A DNA stretch of 64,000 nt, taken from positions 1,364,001 to 1,428,000 of the forward strand of contig JAQOWU010000007.1 of the NCBI GenBank assembly GCA_030867685.1, given 5' to 3'. The DNA comes from Wickerhamiella versatilis. Its lineage: Eukaryota. This document shows positions 40,920-51,796 of this stretch, piece after piece (position 1 is the first letter of the stretch; every line of letters starts with the position of its first letter). Below the pieces are notes generated by a model. It was not told the DNA's origin. It did no database searches and worked only from the letters and a program-made list of their open reading frames with translations. Position numbers and translations under genes: made by a program.

Positions 40920-41585
40920 ATGAAACTACTGAAGCTAGGCCTTTGTATTCCCATCATCTGTGCGATCATAGCGGCCATGGAGCTAGTTCTGATCCGTGTG
41001 ATGCCAGGTCATTTTGTTTTTAAGCCCGCTACTTTGCAGCGTATTGTTAACGATGCTCTTATGTCTCTCGAGCTAGCCCCTCCTGCCCAAGCGGTCATGG
41101 ATCGGGTTTATGAGGGCCTCAAAAAAGAATATGGCGATTATGTTACGCAACCACGTTCTGATGAATGGGTTTTCAATAACGCAGGAAATGCCATGGGCTC
41201 TATGGTGATCTTACACGCGTCGCTCACTGAATATCTTATATTTTTTGGTACATCTGTGGGAACAGAGGGGCACACTGGGACTCACTTTGCCGACGACTAT
41301 TTCACCATCCTTCATGGCGAACAACATGCCACTCTTCCAAATGCGACAAAGCCTGAGGTATACCTCCCTGGAGAGCAACATCATCTTCCGCACGGTGTTA
41401 ACAAACAATATCGGATGCCGCCTGGCTCATATGCTTTGGAATTGGCCCAGGGCTATATTCCTACAATGTTGCCTTTTGGCTTCATTGAAGTATTTACCTC
41501 GACCTTTGATGTGGGCACGCTTTACAAAACTGTATACTTAACTGGGCGTGAAATTATACGAAGTCTGTTGATGGGCAAGATATGA
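40920..41585 (+). CDS. ERG2: C-8 sterol isomerase (sigma-1 receptor family)
   Basis: EWVFNNAG.AMG.M.ILHAS.TEY.IFFGT..GTEGHTG.H.ADDYF; first ATG 40920. Confidence 0.96.
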   Translation: MKLLKLGLCIPIICAIIAAMELVLIRVMPGHFVFKPATLQRIVNDALMSLELAPPAQAVMDRVYEGLKKEYGDYVTQPRSDEWVFNNAGNAMGSMVILHASLTEYLIFFGTSVGTEGHTGTHFADDYFTILHGEQHATLPNATKPEVYLPGEQHHLPHGVNKQYRMPPGSYALELAQGYIPTMLPFGFIEVFTSTFDVGTLYKTVYLTGREIIRSLLMGKI

Positions 41586-42076
41586 AATATTTGCCGATTA
41601 TCCAGCTGGTGGTCCTGCATTTTGCCAATGCCATTTTGAGAAATCAAGGGTCTCTCCTCAAATTCTGCCACGTTCTACAGAACCAAGATTTGATCAAGCT
41701 GTCCAGGGCTTGGTCGTGGCTATAGTAAATTCAGCAGGTCTAAACCTTGTGTGCCGATCAAAATCTGATCTCTATTCAATCAACAACTGAATGTGACACG
41801 ATTCCTGCAGTTTGCTTCAGAATTATAAGACTTTATTATTTCAAAATAGTTGAGATCATCTTCATTTCAGCGTATTCAGTTCTAAACAACTAACTACTCA
41901 AGCGAAAGGAAACTAATCATGTATTCTTACAGTATAATTGGTGTCGACCTATCGGGCACTTCTAAGGATATACATAGAAAAAGACTGTTTATTGATTTAC
42001 GTAGACATATGAGATTTTATCCTGACTGCACTACTTATTGAAAGGTCCCGTAGTGCGTAGAATTACTAATAATCAA

Positions 42077-45058
42077 ATGGAGCCGGCCTCCACAGAGCCG
42101 TCTGCTTTGGCCCGCTTAGCGCGTAACATAGAGGCCCGTGGGGTTTGGTCACAATTCTTGAGGCCACGCGAGCAAAAATTATTGACTGCTGCGCTGGACG
42201 CGGGGGATGAAATTTGGGCTCGATTTATTTGTGGACAGGTTCCCTGCCGCGTGAGATTAAGCACGGCAGAGGGCTCACACGACGAGGAACTTGAAGTGGA
42301 TGCACTTGCACTAGCATTTCGGGTACGCTATATGCTTTGGGATGTTATTATTTCTGGAAGCGATTCTCATGAGCTTGAAGAATCAGGTCCGGTTAAATCC
42401 TCAGCACCTGTTAATGATGCAGATGACGATTACGACATGGGAGACGATGAACCTGCTGAGCAGCTGACCGAAAAAGCAACGGGATCTGAGGAACTTGTTG
42501 TAGAGATTTCTGAAGAGGACGTGGACAGCGGTGAGGACTCAAGGGCACATCGGGCAGTTCTTGCTAATTACAACCGCCAGTATCATACCTTTGAGAAAGA
42601 TCGTGTTGCAATGGCACAATTTCGTAAACTTCAAGAGAACGACCGCGCTGTAGATGTTGATCGACCGCCTCTTGAGAATCTGTCAAGTACAGCTCAGTTT
42701 GGAGCGGCAAACCTCAGTTTGAAGCACCTCCTAGCTACTATAGAGGCGAGAAGAGATGAAACAAAACTCACTGACATAGAGTTGAGGAATCTAATCAGCG
42801 ATGTTCGCAAGAATCGATCCAAGTGGGCATCAGAAGAACGCATTGGCCAAGAAGAGTTGTACGAATCATGCGAGAAAGTAGTGCAAGAATTACGTGCTAC
42901 TACTGAACATTCAACTGCATTTCTGAATAAAGTTAACAAACGAGATGCTCCTAACTATTATCAGGTTATCAAGAATCCTATGGATCTAAACACGGTCATG
43001 CGTAAACTGAGATCACTACAATATAACTCTAAGCAGGAGTTTGTGGAAGACTTGATGCTTATTTGGCACAACTGCCTTGTCTACAACTCTGATCCGCGCC
43101 ACTTTCTTCGAGCACATGCGATTGCAATGCGACGGAAGACCCAAGCTTTGATTCCGTTGATACCTAATGTTACAATTCGATCTCGTGCTGAGGTTGAAGC
43201 AGAAGCCCAGCAGATTGCTCAAAGTACACAAAAAGATAACGCGGTCGGTGGAAAAGCAACAGGCAAATCCACTCGTCGAGCAGCAAAAGGAAACAAATCA
43301 TCAACCAATGGGGAGTCTGAGAGCTTGATGGGGGAAGAATCTGGTGATGCAGCCAAGGAAAAGGACCCGAATTTGAAAGAGGAAGAGGGTCTTGATGTTT
43401 CACAAGAGGGAATTAAGACATCTGGTAGTAAAGATGGGAATGCCAATGACAATGCGGATCCAAGTAATAAAGATATGAAAGAACCCGATCAGAATGCTAC
43501 AAATCAGGCGGTTTCAACACCTGATGTAGGAAGTGAATCAGTAGATCAAAGCGATCTGAAGGAATCCAAGGATGGCGCAGACAGTTCTGAGGCTGGAGCT
43601 GAGGGGTCATCCCCTGACGAAAACTCCTTGGAGACTGAACCGAGCTCAATGGAAGAAGATCTTGAAACAGAAACCTGGCAAAGTGCCACAAAGCGTCGAC
43701 GTGTTGAATATTTACAACAGCGGCATAATTTATTTGCTGTTCCAGGTGGTGCTGGATTGGATACAGATGCACCGGTCGCGCTTCGACGTTCTGCAGCAAT
43801 GGCACGATTTTTCCGAGGTGTAGCTGGTGAGGCTAGTGAACCCTGCCTGGTAGAATATGACATAGTATCTGGGCTGCCTGAACCGCCTCTGTCAGAGGGA
43901 CTTGCTGCACTGCCTGCAACTTCTGAAGGACTGCCGCCATCGCGATATCTTGCACGTGGTTATGTACCTGAGCTATATCTACGAAATCTTAACGAGATGC
44001 AAAGTATTCGTCACCTATGCGCAAAGATTAATATGATTAGAGAGATGCAAGCCAATCCAGGGCAGCCGATACAAACCGAAATACCGAAGTACCCTGCTAT
44101 CACTGATCCTCCAGAGGACGTTGCATCTCGGATTCCGGGCGCTTCGCCTATGTATGGTCCAGCAGCTCTTGCGGGGATGCGAAGTGCTGTTGCCAAAATT
44201 GCGATGCACAATGGGTTTGAGGCAGCTCAGCGCCCTGCTGTGGACTGCCTTGCAGAGGTGGGATCGGACTATATGTCAAAACTTGCTCGTAATATTGTAG
44301 CAGATTTGGAGGCACCCAACCATAATGAAACGACTGAAAAGCTATTGACAGGCGTCCTAGGAGAATTCGGGGTTTCTAAGCTCGACAACCTATCAAGATA
44401 TATTGTTGATGATATCTGGAAGGCAGGCAAACGATTAACAGGATTTCGTCTGAAGTTAGTTAAGATTTTGGGTGAGCTGCTGATGCCAGAGATCAAAAAA
44501 TATAAGGACGAACAATTTTCAGACAATAGTGACGAGTTTGTCCTTGGCCAATTCTCAACAGAACTTGGTGATGATTATTTTGGTTTCAGGGAATTAGGAA
44601 TTGATCAGGATTTAGGATTGGCGAACTTGGCAGTGCCATTTCACCTCCTGCAGCAACGTATCGCTGCAGATGCAGCCCCGTTGGCTGTGTCTCGGGACAA
44701 ACAGTACGATCTTCCGGAATATCCACCCTTATCTTTGGATTGTGTACCACTAGTTATAGGGCTTTTACAAAACAGATACGCTCATTTTGCTTCCACAACC
44801 TGGCAAGAACCTCCCCGGCCAAAACTTGCTGCAACTGCCAAGCTGACTGCTCGTAAGCGCCCCACCACAAAAGCGTTCAGGCGACCTAAGGTTCCAGAGT
44901 CAAAACCACCACCACTTCTTCAGGAAGAGCAATTGAAAAAAGATGAGCCCAGCACACATGAAGTTGAACCCGATAATAGCTTCGTTCCTACAGAGGCAAT
45001 TGGTGGAGAAGAAATTGATATGGCTCTCGAAGAATTTGAGGCGCTAATGGGCCAGTAA
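42077..45058 (+). CDS. SPT7: SAGA subunit Spt7 (bromodomain + histone fold)
   Basis: FGAANLSLKHLL, KNRSKWA.EERIGQEELY, FLNKV.KRDAP.YY..I..PMDL, GDDYFGFRELG; first ATG 42077. Confidence 0.95.
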   Translation: MEPASTEPSALARLARNIEARGVWSQFLRPREQKLLTAALDAGDEIWARFICGQVPCRVRLSTAEGSHDEELEVDALALAFRVRYMLWDVIISGSDSHELEESGPVKSSAPVNDADDDYDMGDDEPAEQLTEKATGSEELVVEISEEDVDSGEDSRAHRAVLANYNRQYHTFEKDRVAMAQFRKLQENDRAVDVDRPPLENLSSTAQFGAANLSLKHLLATIEARRDETKLTDIELRNLISDVRKNRSKWASEERIGQEELYESCEKVVQELRATTEHSTAFLNKVNKRDAPNYYQVIKNPMDLNTVMRKLRSLQYNSKQEFVEDLMLIWHNCLVYNSDPRHFLRAHAIAMRRKTQALIPLIPNVTIRSRAEVEAEAQQIAQSTQKDNAVGGKATGKSTRRAAKGNKSSTNGESESLMGEESGDAAKEKDPNLKEEEGLDVSQEGIKTSGSKDGNANDNADPSNKDMKEPDQNATNQAVSTPDVGSESVDQSDLKESKDGADSSEAGAEGSSPDENSLETEPSSMEEDLETETWQSATKRRRVEYLQQRHNLFAVPGGAGLDTDAPVALRRSAAMARFFRGVAGEASEPCLVEYDIVSGLPEPPLSEGLAALPATSEGLPPSRYLARGYVPELYLRNLNEMQSIRHLCAKINMIREMQANPGQPIQTEIPKYPAITDPPEDVASRIPGASPMYGPAALAGMRSAVAKIAMHNGFEAAQRPAVDCLAEVGSDYMSKLARNIVADLEAPNHNETTEKLLTGVLGEFGVSKLDNLSRYIVDDIWKAGKRLTGFRLKLVKILGELLMPEIKKYKDEQFSDNSDEFVLGQFSTELGDDYFGFRELGIDQDLGLANLAVPFHLLQQRIAADAAPLAVSRDKQYDLPEYPPLSLDCVPLVIGLLQNRYAHFASTTWQEPPRPKLAATAKLTARKRPTTKAFRRPKVPESKPPPLLQEEQLKKDEPSTHEVEPDNSFVPTEAIGGEEIDMALEEFEALMGQ

Positions 45059-45291
45059 AATAAGACTTTGCATTTTAACAATGAAGTCTCTCAATGTAAC
45101 TTATCCATTTTGGTCTTTGATGTGATTTGTATTAGTCGTAGTCAGGCTCATTACTCTGATATTCATTCACATATTTACAATAGGTTTAATGCATATTTTC
45201 TAAGCTATTCAATGAGTCCCTGTGGCGTGGTTAATTCAGCTTGATTTAATTACGTTCATATGTGGCATATTCGAGCTTTCTCAGAACACTT

Positions 45292-46521
45292 CTACAAATC
45301 TTCATGGGCTGGATACTCGTAGCCATGATGGTCATCAGTAATTCGCTCATTTCTGTTATTCTCAGTCTCATCCCCACGATCATTAATTCTTTCACCACCC
45401 GATTCAATTTCTTCGGAGTCTACTTCATACCACTCATCTCTCCAATCGTCGTAATCACCAGAACTATCAATTTCATTTGTCTTCCAGTCATGAGAGCCAT
45501 ATTGTTCAGATCCATGGGGATTTTCTTCTGTCTCAGAACCCTTAGAATCGTCCTCTTCAACATGACTATTTGAAAATTGATCATGATCATGATCAGGGCC
45601 TCTGTACTGAACATCATCGTTTTCAGCTGCTACAGATTCCTCCAACTGCTGAGGCTTAGCATCAGTATCCTCATAGATGTTTCCATTAATTTGTTCATCA
45701 GTATATGCCTCCTCAGGGATCTCTTGCTCCACCTCTACTACATACTTTCCAGCAAACTCCACAGGTTCTTGCGCATAGTTCCTACCAGCTTGAACTTCCT
45801 CTTCAGATAGCATAATACTGGTTTTATTCCTCGGCCTACAATGAATATAATTAGGGACCTTCTTAGGCTTTCGGAATTCAGGGATATCGCATAACAGGTT
45901 CGTAAACATATAAATTTCGTAGGTGCAAGCAAAAGGCTCATCGACCTTTCTGAAAATTGGAACATCTGACGACTCATGGCAAGCATAATATATCTTAACA
46001 TCTCGAGGTTCATTTGTGAGGTCACAAATGTCTCCGCCCTTCATATGGACCTGGATTATATTCTTGTCATTATGAACTAGAGGCTCCACAGTAGCAGGGG
46101 ATTCATCGGAGTCACGACCAACAACGAAATGCAGACGCTTTGGTGATAACCACACTGCACCTTTCTCGTCGTAGGATGGCTCAAATTGCACAATGTCAGA
46201 TTGATGGCAATATCTCCACGCCCAATACTCATCCTGAAATAGACCACATGTACCATTCAATGTCTGCAGCGCCTTCCAACCTTCTTTAAAAGCAGGAGAA
46301 TCTTTGTTCAAAACTGTTAAGGAGGGTGATTTTTCCACGTTGGTTGGAAAGTAACAGTCGTGCACTTCCCCACCTATCGCGACTGGCAGGGAGTCGCCTT
46401 CACCCTGTAAAGATCCACGTGAAACAACATAATATGGCTGTTTAAACTCATCTGGCGGATGAAAAGTCTCCACAAATGCGTCCACCAGCCACAGTAGAAT
46501 AGGCAACGGGAGCAGGCGCAT
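45292..46521 (-). CDS. YOS9: ERAD lectin Yos9/OS-9 (MRH domain)
   Basis: Signal peptide; C.....YW.W.YC....I.QF, GDICDLT..PR...I.Y.C, EP..C.Y; ends HEDL. Confidence 0.88.
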   Translation of the reverse strand: MRLLPLPILLWLVDAFVETFHPPDEFKQPYYVVSRGSLQGEGDSLPVAIGGEVHDCYFPTNVEKSPSLTVLNKDSPAFKEGWKALQTLNGTCGLFQDEYWAWRYCHQSDIVQFEPSYDEKGAVWLSPKRLHFVVGRDSDESPATVEPLVHNDKNIIQVHMKGGDICDLTNEPRDVKIYYACHESSDVPIFRKVDEPFACTYEIYMFTNLLCDIPEFRKPKKVPNYIHCRPRNKTSIMLSEEEVQAGRNYAQEPVEFAGKYVVEVEQEIPEEAYTDEQINGNIYEDTDAKPQQLEESVAAENDDVQYRGPDHDHDQFSNSHVEEDDSKGSETEENPHGSEQYGSHDWKTNEIDSSGDYDDWRDEWYEVDSEEIESGGERINDRGDETENNRNERITDDHHGYEYPAHEDL

Positions 46522-46555
46522 GATGACCTAAGCCTAAGACCCTGACGGGTCCAAG

Positions 46556-48793
46556 ATGAAGTTCCATATTGATGATTTGCCAGTTCTGTTCCCGTATCCA
46601 AAGATTTATCCTGAGCAATACCAGTACATGTGTGATGTTAAACGCACACTGGATGTGGGTGGCATATCTATCCTAGAGATGCCATCAGGGACAGGTAAAA
46701 CTGTATCGCTTTTAAGTGTCTGTGTGGCGTATCAATTACACTATTCATCTCGAAGGAAGATTGTATATTGTTCTCGAACAATGTCAGAAATAGACAAAGC
46801 ATTAGCAGAACTTCGCAGTCTTATGGCCTATCGGACAGAGGAGTTAGGTTACGTAGAAGATTTTCGCGGGCTGGGCCTGACCTCCCGTAAAAATCTATGC
46901 GTACATCCATCTATTCGACAGGAAAGAAATGGTGTGGTGGTTGATGAACGCTGTCGCAGTATGACGAACGGAATAGCAAAGGAGAAGGGGGGAGAATTAT
47001 GCGATTTTCACGAGAATATGTACGATATGGAACCCCACAATTATATTCCAAATGGAGTATACACCTTTGAAGATGTGATTGCGTATTGCGAAGAACGTCG
47101 GACATGTCCTTACTTCACAGTGCGCCGCATGATTCCCTATTGCAATGTTGTCATCTACTCTTTCCATTATCTTTTAGACCCCAAGATAGCGGAGAGAGTT
47201 TCGAGGGATTTGCCAAAAGAATCAATTTTGATCTTTGACGAAGCTCATAATATTGATAATGTTTGCATAGAATCTTTGAGTGTGGATCTGACTGAAGATT
47301 CACTGAGGAAAGCGCAGCGTGGAGTGATATCACTTGGAGAGGCTGTAGATCAAGTGAAACAAACAGACACAGAGAAACTTAAAGACGAATATGACAAGCT
47401 CGTAGAAGGCCTACAACAGGCTCAGGAGGATCGTGATATTTTTATGGCCAACGCTGCTTTGCCTGACGATCTCGTCGCTGACGCCATCCCAGGGTCGATT
47501 CGCAAGGCAGAACACTTTGTTGCATTTCTTCGACGGTTCGTTGAGTATCTGAAGACACGTATGAAAGTTCTTCATGTTATCAGTGAGACGCCAGCCTCTT
47601 TTCTTAAGCATTTGAAGGAGGTCACGTATATAGACAAAAAGCCACTACGGTACTGTACTGAAAGGCTTAATTCTCTCATTCGGTCGCTACAACTCACAGA
47701 TCTTCAGGATTTCACTGCTTTGAAGGATATAGTTGCTTTTGCAACACTAGTGTCAACCTACGAGCAGGGGTTTACACTTATATTGGAGCCTTTCGAAACT
47801 GAGCAAGCAACCGTTCCAAATCCTATCTTACGGTTCACTTGTCTTGATGCTTCTATTGCAATCAGACCGGTTGTGGAGCGATTCGATTCTATTATTATCA
47901 CATCAGGAACTATATCTCCACTGGATATGTATCCTCGAATGCTCGATTTCCAAACGTTGATACAGCAAAGCTACACCATGAGTTTGAGCCAGCGGACATT
48001 TTTACCATTAATTGTCACGAAAGGAAGCGATCAAGTAGCCATATCGTCTCGTTTTGAGATCCGCAATGATCCTTCCGTGGTACGAAACTATGGTTCAGTG
48101 CTAATAGAATTTTCAAAAGTTACACCGGATGGCTTAGTTGTGTTTTTCCCTTCTTACCTATATATGGAGTCTATCATATCGATGTGGCAATCCATGGGGA
48201 TTCTTGACGAAGTTTGGAAGTACAAACTCATACTGGTAGAGACACCTGATGCACAAGAAACAGCATTGGCACTCGAAACATATCGACATGCCTGCTCGAA
48301 TGGAAGAGGCGCCGTTATGTTCAGTGTCGCTAGAGGAAAAGTGAGTGAGGGAATCGATTTTGACCATCATTTTGGCCGTACGGTACTTATGATAGGTGTA
48401 CCGTTTCAGTACACGGAATCGAGGATTTTGAAAGCTCGCTTGGAATTTCTGCGCAATAACTATAATATTCGAGAAAATGACTTCTTATCCTTTGATGCCA
48501 TGCGACACGCAGCCCAATGCCTGGGACGAGTTTTACGTGGTAAAAATGACTATGGAATCATGGTTTTGGCGGATCGGCGATTTGCCAAGAAGCGCTCGCA
48601 ATTGCCAAAATGGATAGCACAAGCGATTCTGGATGCTGATGTTAATCTCAGCACCGACATGGCTATTGCTGCAGCAAAGAAGTTCCTCCGAGGTATGGCC
48701 CAGCCGATAGACGAACAAGACCAAAAAGGGGTATCGATTTGGGATCTGGATGATCTGACAACCTATCAGAAAAGTCAGATTGTTCCTGCATAG
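46556..48793 (+). CDS. RAD3: TFIIH 5'-3' helicase XPD
   Basis: MKF.IDDLPV.FPY..IYPEQY, EMPSGTGKT, Fe-S cysteines, DEAH, RGKVSEGIDF. Confidence 0.98.
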   Translation: MKFHIDDLPVLFPYPKIYPEQYQYMCDVKRTLDVGGISILEMPSGTGKTVSLLSVCVAYQLHYSSRRKIVYCSRTMSEIDKALAELRSLMAYRTEELGYVEDFRGLGLTSRKNLCVHPSIRQERNGVVVDERCRSMTNGIAKEKGGELCDFHENMYDMEPHNYIPNGVYTFEDVIAYCEERRTCPYFTVRRMIPYCNVVIYSFHYLLDPKIAERVSRDLPKESILIFDEAHNIDNVCIESLSVDLTEDSLRKAQRGVISLGEAVDQVKQTDTEKLKDEYDKLVEGLQQAQEDRDIFMANAALPDDLVADAIPGSIRKAEHFVAFLRRFVEYLKTRMKVLHVISETPASFLKHLKEVTYIDKKPLRYCTERLNSLIRSLQLTDLQDFTALKDIVAFATLVSTYEQGFTLILEPFETEQATVPNPILRFTCLDASIAIRPVVERFDSIIITSGTISPLDMYPRMLDFQTLIQQSYTMSLSQRTFLPLIVTKGSDQVAISSRFEIRNDPSVVRNYGSVLIEFSKVTPDGLVVFFPSYLYMESIISMWQSMGILDEVWKYKLILVETPDAQETALALETYRHACSNGRGAVMFSVARGKVSEGIDFDHHFGRTVLMIGVPFQYTESRILKARLEFLRNNYNIRENDFLSFDAMRHAAQCLGRVLRGKNDYGIMVLADRRFAKKRSQLPKWIAQAILDADVNLSTDMAIAAAKKFLRGMAQPIDEQDQKGVSIWDLDDLTTYQKSQIVPA

Positions 48794-48981
48794 TAATATT
48801 AAAAAATTAGTGGTGTTATATGATATCAAAAGTAATGTCATTTAGTTGGAATAGCCAATTGGGAGTTCAACAGAAAGTGCAGAGCAGCACACTAGCGTCT
48901 TTTAAAAGTACCCTACACAAGAGTAAGAATATCCAATCATCAGCTATTCAGGTTGAACCACTTGCTATATTGGCTTACATC

Positions 48982-49767
48982 TTAAAGTCCTCCGTTCTTG
49001 CGCAGATAAGCCTCCCATCCCGCGCGTTGATATCTTTTTGCTTCAAACACCGGATCTCTTCCCTTCCCATAAAGCCCTCTACCAACTATGATAATATCAG
49101 TTCCCGAGTTTACAACCTCATCGACAGTACGGTATTGTTGTCCCAATCCATCACCTTTATCGTCTAGTCCTACACCAGGGGTAAGAATCAACCAATCGCA
49201 GGAATCTCGTAAAGGACGTGATTGGGCAATAAATCCCACTACAAAATCGGGGAATTGTGCAGCAATATCGACCGTTTTTTCGGTATATTCACCAGTCGCA
49301 AGCGATCCCTGAGACGAGAGCTCTGCGAGCATCAACAGACCTCGAGGCTCCTGAGTCGATTCAAGAGCACCTTCCCGCAAACCTTTTACGATTCCGGGAC
49401 CCGGAACGCTATGTGCATTGGTGATATCCGCCCAACTTGCTATTTGAAAAACTCCGCCTACATACTGAGCTTTCACCGTGGAGCCAATATCAGCGAACTT
49501 TCGATCCTCAAAAATGAGAAAATCATGCTTGACAGCGAGTTCTTTTAATTTTTCAATCAAGGAGACATTGAAATCATCCACGATATCAATATGTGTTTTT
49601 ATCAGACACACATATGGCCCAACCTTGTCTACTAGGGACAGTAGCTCCGATGAGGTCCGCAAGTCAACACTAGCGCACAGAATAGAATTTTTACGAATGC
49701 AGCATTCAAGCAGCTTACGTGCTAGGGGACTTTTGTGGTTTCTAGCACGCTCTGTCAATGTCGACAT
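48982..49767 (-). CDS. URA3: Orotidine-5'-phosphate decarboxylase
   Basis: [42 protein letters not shown]; first ATG 49767. Confidence 0.98.
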   Translation of the reverse strand: MSTLTERARNHKSPLARKLLECCIRKNSILCASVDLRTSSELLSLVDKVGPYVCLIKTHIDIVDDFNVSLIEKLKELAVKHDFLIFEDRKFADIGSTVKAQYVGGVFQIASWADITNAHSVPGPGIVKGLREGALESTQEPRGLLMLAELSSQGSLATGEYTEKTVDIAAQFPDFVVGFIAQSRPLRDSCDWLILTPGVGLDDKGDGLGQQYRTVDEVVNSGTDIIIVGRGLYGKGRDPVFEAKRYQRAGWEAYLRKNGGL

Positions 49768-50131
49768 TAAGATGAGGTCATCAATTGGACGTTTCAATAA
49801 GAGCTACGATGAATGTTTACATAGTACTAGGTACCAGTTTTCATATGAGATATGGATCTACCAATGTGGGTAACTTGATGACGTTGAAGTGATCAATTTG
49901 ATCTTTTTTGATGTATCTTCAGAGTTTATTTTATTATTCCTTTGAGAAGATATCAATCTATTTTTCTTAATATGCTAATTGAGACCATGCCAATCTAGAT
50001 CAACATTCATATAAACCTTTAGTATAGTAAAGGTTTAAGCGAGGTCTAAGAGAGGCTTAGGTTGGTTGAATCTATTATTAGGCATTGCACTACTAGCTCC
50101 CTTCCCTTAATCATCATCTGGTGTGTGTGGG

Positions 50132-51478
50132 ATGCTTTTTAGCTTGTTATTCGCTTTGCTAGCCAAAGTTACAATCGCACTGAATGTAAAACCTTCTGAT
50201 GATAATTCGGTTGAGAATGCTTTGTCTCTTATCTCTACCGGACTCTATGAACCCTACCTTCAGCATGGGCCCGGGTCGATACCAGGCATGTTGATCGATG
50301 GCTACTACTGGTGGGAAGCAGGCGGAGTAATGGGTGGTTTACTGGACTATCAGTATTTACTTCAGAATAAGACGTACGATAGTTACATGGTAAAAGGTCT
50401 ATCTCATCAGGCAGGGTCAGATGGAAGCTATATGCCATCCAACCAGTCCCTTACCGAAGGTAATGATGACCAAGGTTTCTGGGGTATTGCGGCGATAGGG
50501 GCAGCAGAAAGGAACTTTACCAATCCTCCGTCGGGCGACCATGGCTGGCTATATTCGGCGCAAGCCGTGTTTAACACGATGAAAAACCGTTGGGATACTT
50601 CTGAGTGTGGTGGTGGACTTAGATGGCAGATATACACGTGGAATTCAGGTTATGATTATAAGAATGTTGTTTCTAATGGTGTTTTCTTGAATATCGCTTC
50701 CCGCTTGGCGCGATATACGGGAAACTCTACGTACTCTGACTGGGCTGACAAGATTTGGGTCTGGTTAGCTGATTCTGGATTTGTGCAAGAAAATGGAGAT
50801 TCCTATTTGGTATATGATGGCTCTGGTACGGAAAATAATTGTTCCAATCCCAGTACTGAAGAATGGTCTTATAATTATGGTTTGCTAATCTCTGCTACTT
50901 CATATATGTATGATCATACCAATGGTTCCTCTAAATGGGAGGATAGGGCCACGAAGCTTTGGAGCCGGGCGAAATCAATATTTTTCGAGAATCAGGTAAT
51001 GTACGAATATCAGTGCGAAAAAAGTGGTAAATGCAACACAGATCAACAAAGTTTCAAGGCATACTTCTCTCGATTCTTGGGACATGCTGCGATATTTGTC
51101 CCATCAATCAGCGATGAAGTGATGTCTTATCTTAATACTTCTGCGACCGCAGCTGGAAACTCTTGCTCAGGAGGATCTGATGGTCACACATGTGGTACGA
51201 GCTGGCTCACAGGGGGATGGGACAATACTTTTGGTGCAGGCCAGCAACTTTGTGCTTTGGAAGTCATTCAAAACACTCGTGTACTAGGCTTTCCAAAACC
51301 TTTCACACAGGAACATGGTGGATCGTCCAATGGAAGCACGGATGCAGGCTCTGGTGTAAGCCTCAATCCGCTCAAGGACAATTCTAAAATCACTACAAAG
51401 GATAGAGCTGGTGCAGGGGTTGTTACTGCATTACTTATGATCGGATTGATTGGAGTAGGCGTATGGATGCTTCTATGA
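50132..51478 (+). CDS. GPI-anchored GH76 mannanase/transglycosidase (Dcw1/Dfg5)
   Basis: Signal peptide, YYWWEAG, GNDDQ.FWG, CGGGLRWQI, C-terminal GPI signal; first ATG 50132. Confidence 0.95.
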   Translation: MLFSLLFALLAKVTIALNVKPSDDNSVENALSLISTGLYEPYLQHGPGSIPGMLIDGYYWWEAGGVMGGLLDYQYLLQNKTYDSYMVKGLSHQAGSDGSYMPSNQSLTEGNDDQGFWGIAAIGAAERNFTNPPSGDHGWLYSAQAVFNTMKNRWDTSECGGGLRWQIYTWNSGYDYKNVVSNGVFLNIASRLARYTGNSTYSDWADKIWVWLADSGFVQENGDSYLVYDGSGTENNCSNPSTEEWSYNYGLLISATSYMYDHTNGSSKWEDRATKLWSRAKSIFFENQVMYEYQCEKSGKCNTDQQSFKAYFSRFLGHAAIFVPSISDEVMSYLNTSATAAGNSCSGGSDGHTCGTSWLTGGWDNTFGAGQQLCALEVIQNTRVLGFPKPFTQEHGGSSNGSTDAGSGVSLNPLKDNSKITTKDRAGAGVVTALLMIGLIGVGVWMLL

Positions 51479-51725
51479 AACGTGAGCCTTTTGATAAGTC
51501 GTATGAAAAGAAAAAGTTTACCCATGATACTGTTACATTTATATTCTGTCCTGAATATAAGAGCTTACATTCGGTTGATTCCAGGCTACGATGCAATGTT
51601 CCATGGGCATCCCGAAATGTAAGCTCTTTTTCTTGCAGATTTTCTTACTACAACTACTGTTTTTATGCATAGATTCATAGTCAATTAATTTATAACTAGT
51701 CCAATTCTGCTAAAGTATCATGATG

Positions 51726-51784
51726 ACGCGACGCGACTGCCCCCTTACCGCGGGTTTAATTAGTAAAGCTCTACTTTCGACGCG
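51726..51784. promoter_or_regulatory. MCB-like ACGCG cluster upstream of MSH6
   Basis: ACGCGACGCGA at 51726-51736 and ACGCG at 51780. Confidence 0.55.
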
Positions 51785-51796
51785 CATCTTTCTGAG

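Noticed and set aside
41582-41725. 47-aa ORF (MKYLPIIQLVVLHFANA...) overlapping the ERG2 stop as ATGA
   Set aside because: Short, lies in the presumptive 3'UTR, no recognisable homology; compatible with chance.
51720-51795. C/D-box-like ATGATGA...CTGA with TTACCGCGG complementary to a conserved 18S segment
   Set aside because: The match is only 9 nt, is not positioned before a D/D' box, and the interval is the MCB-containing MSH6 promoter ending 1 nt before the ATG.
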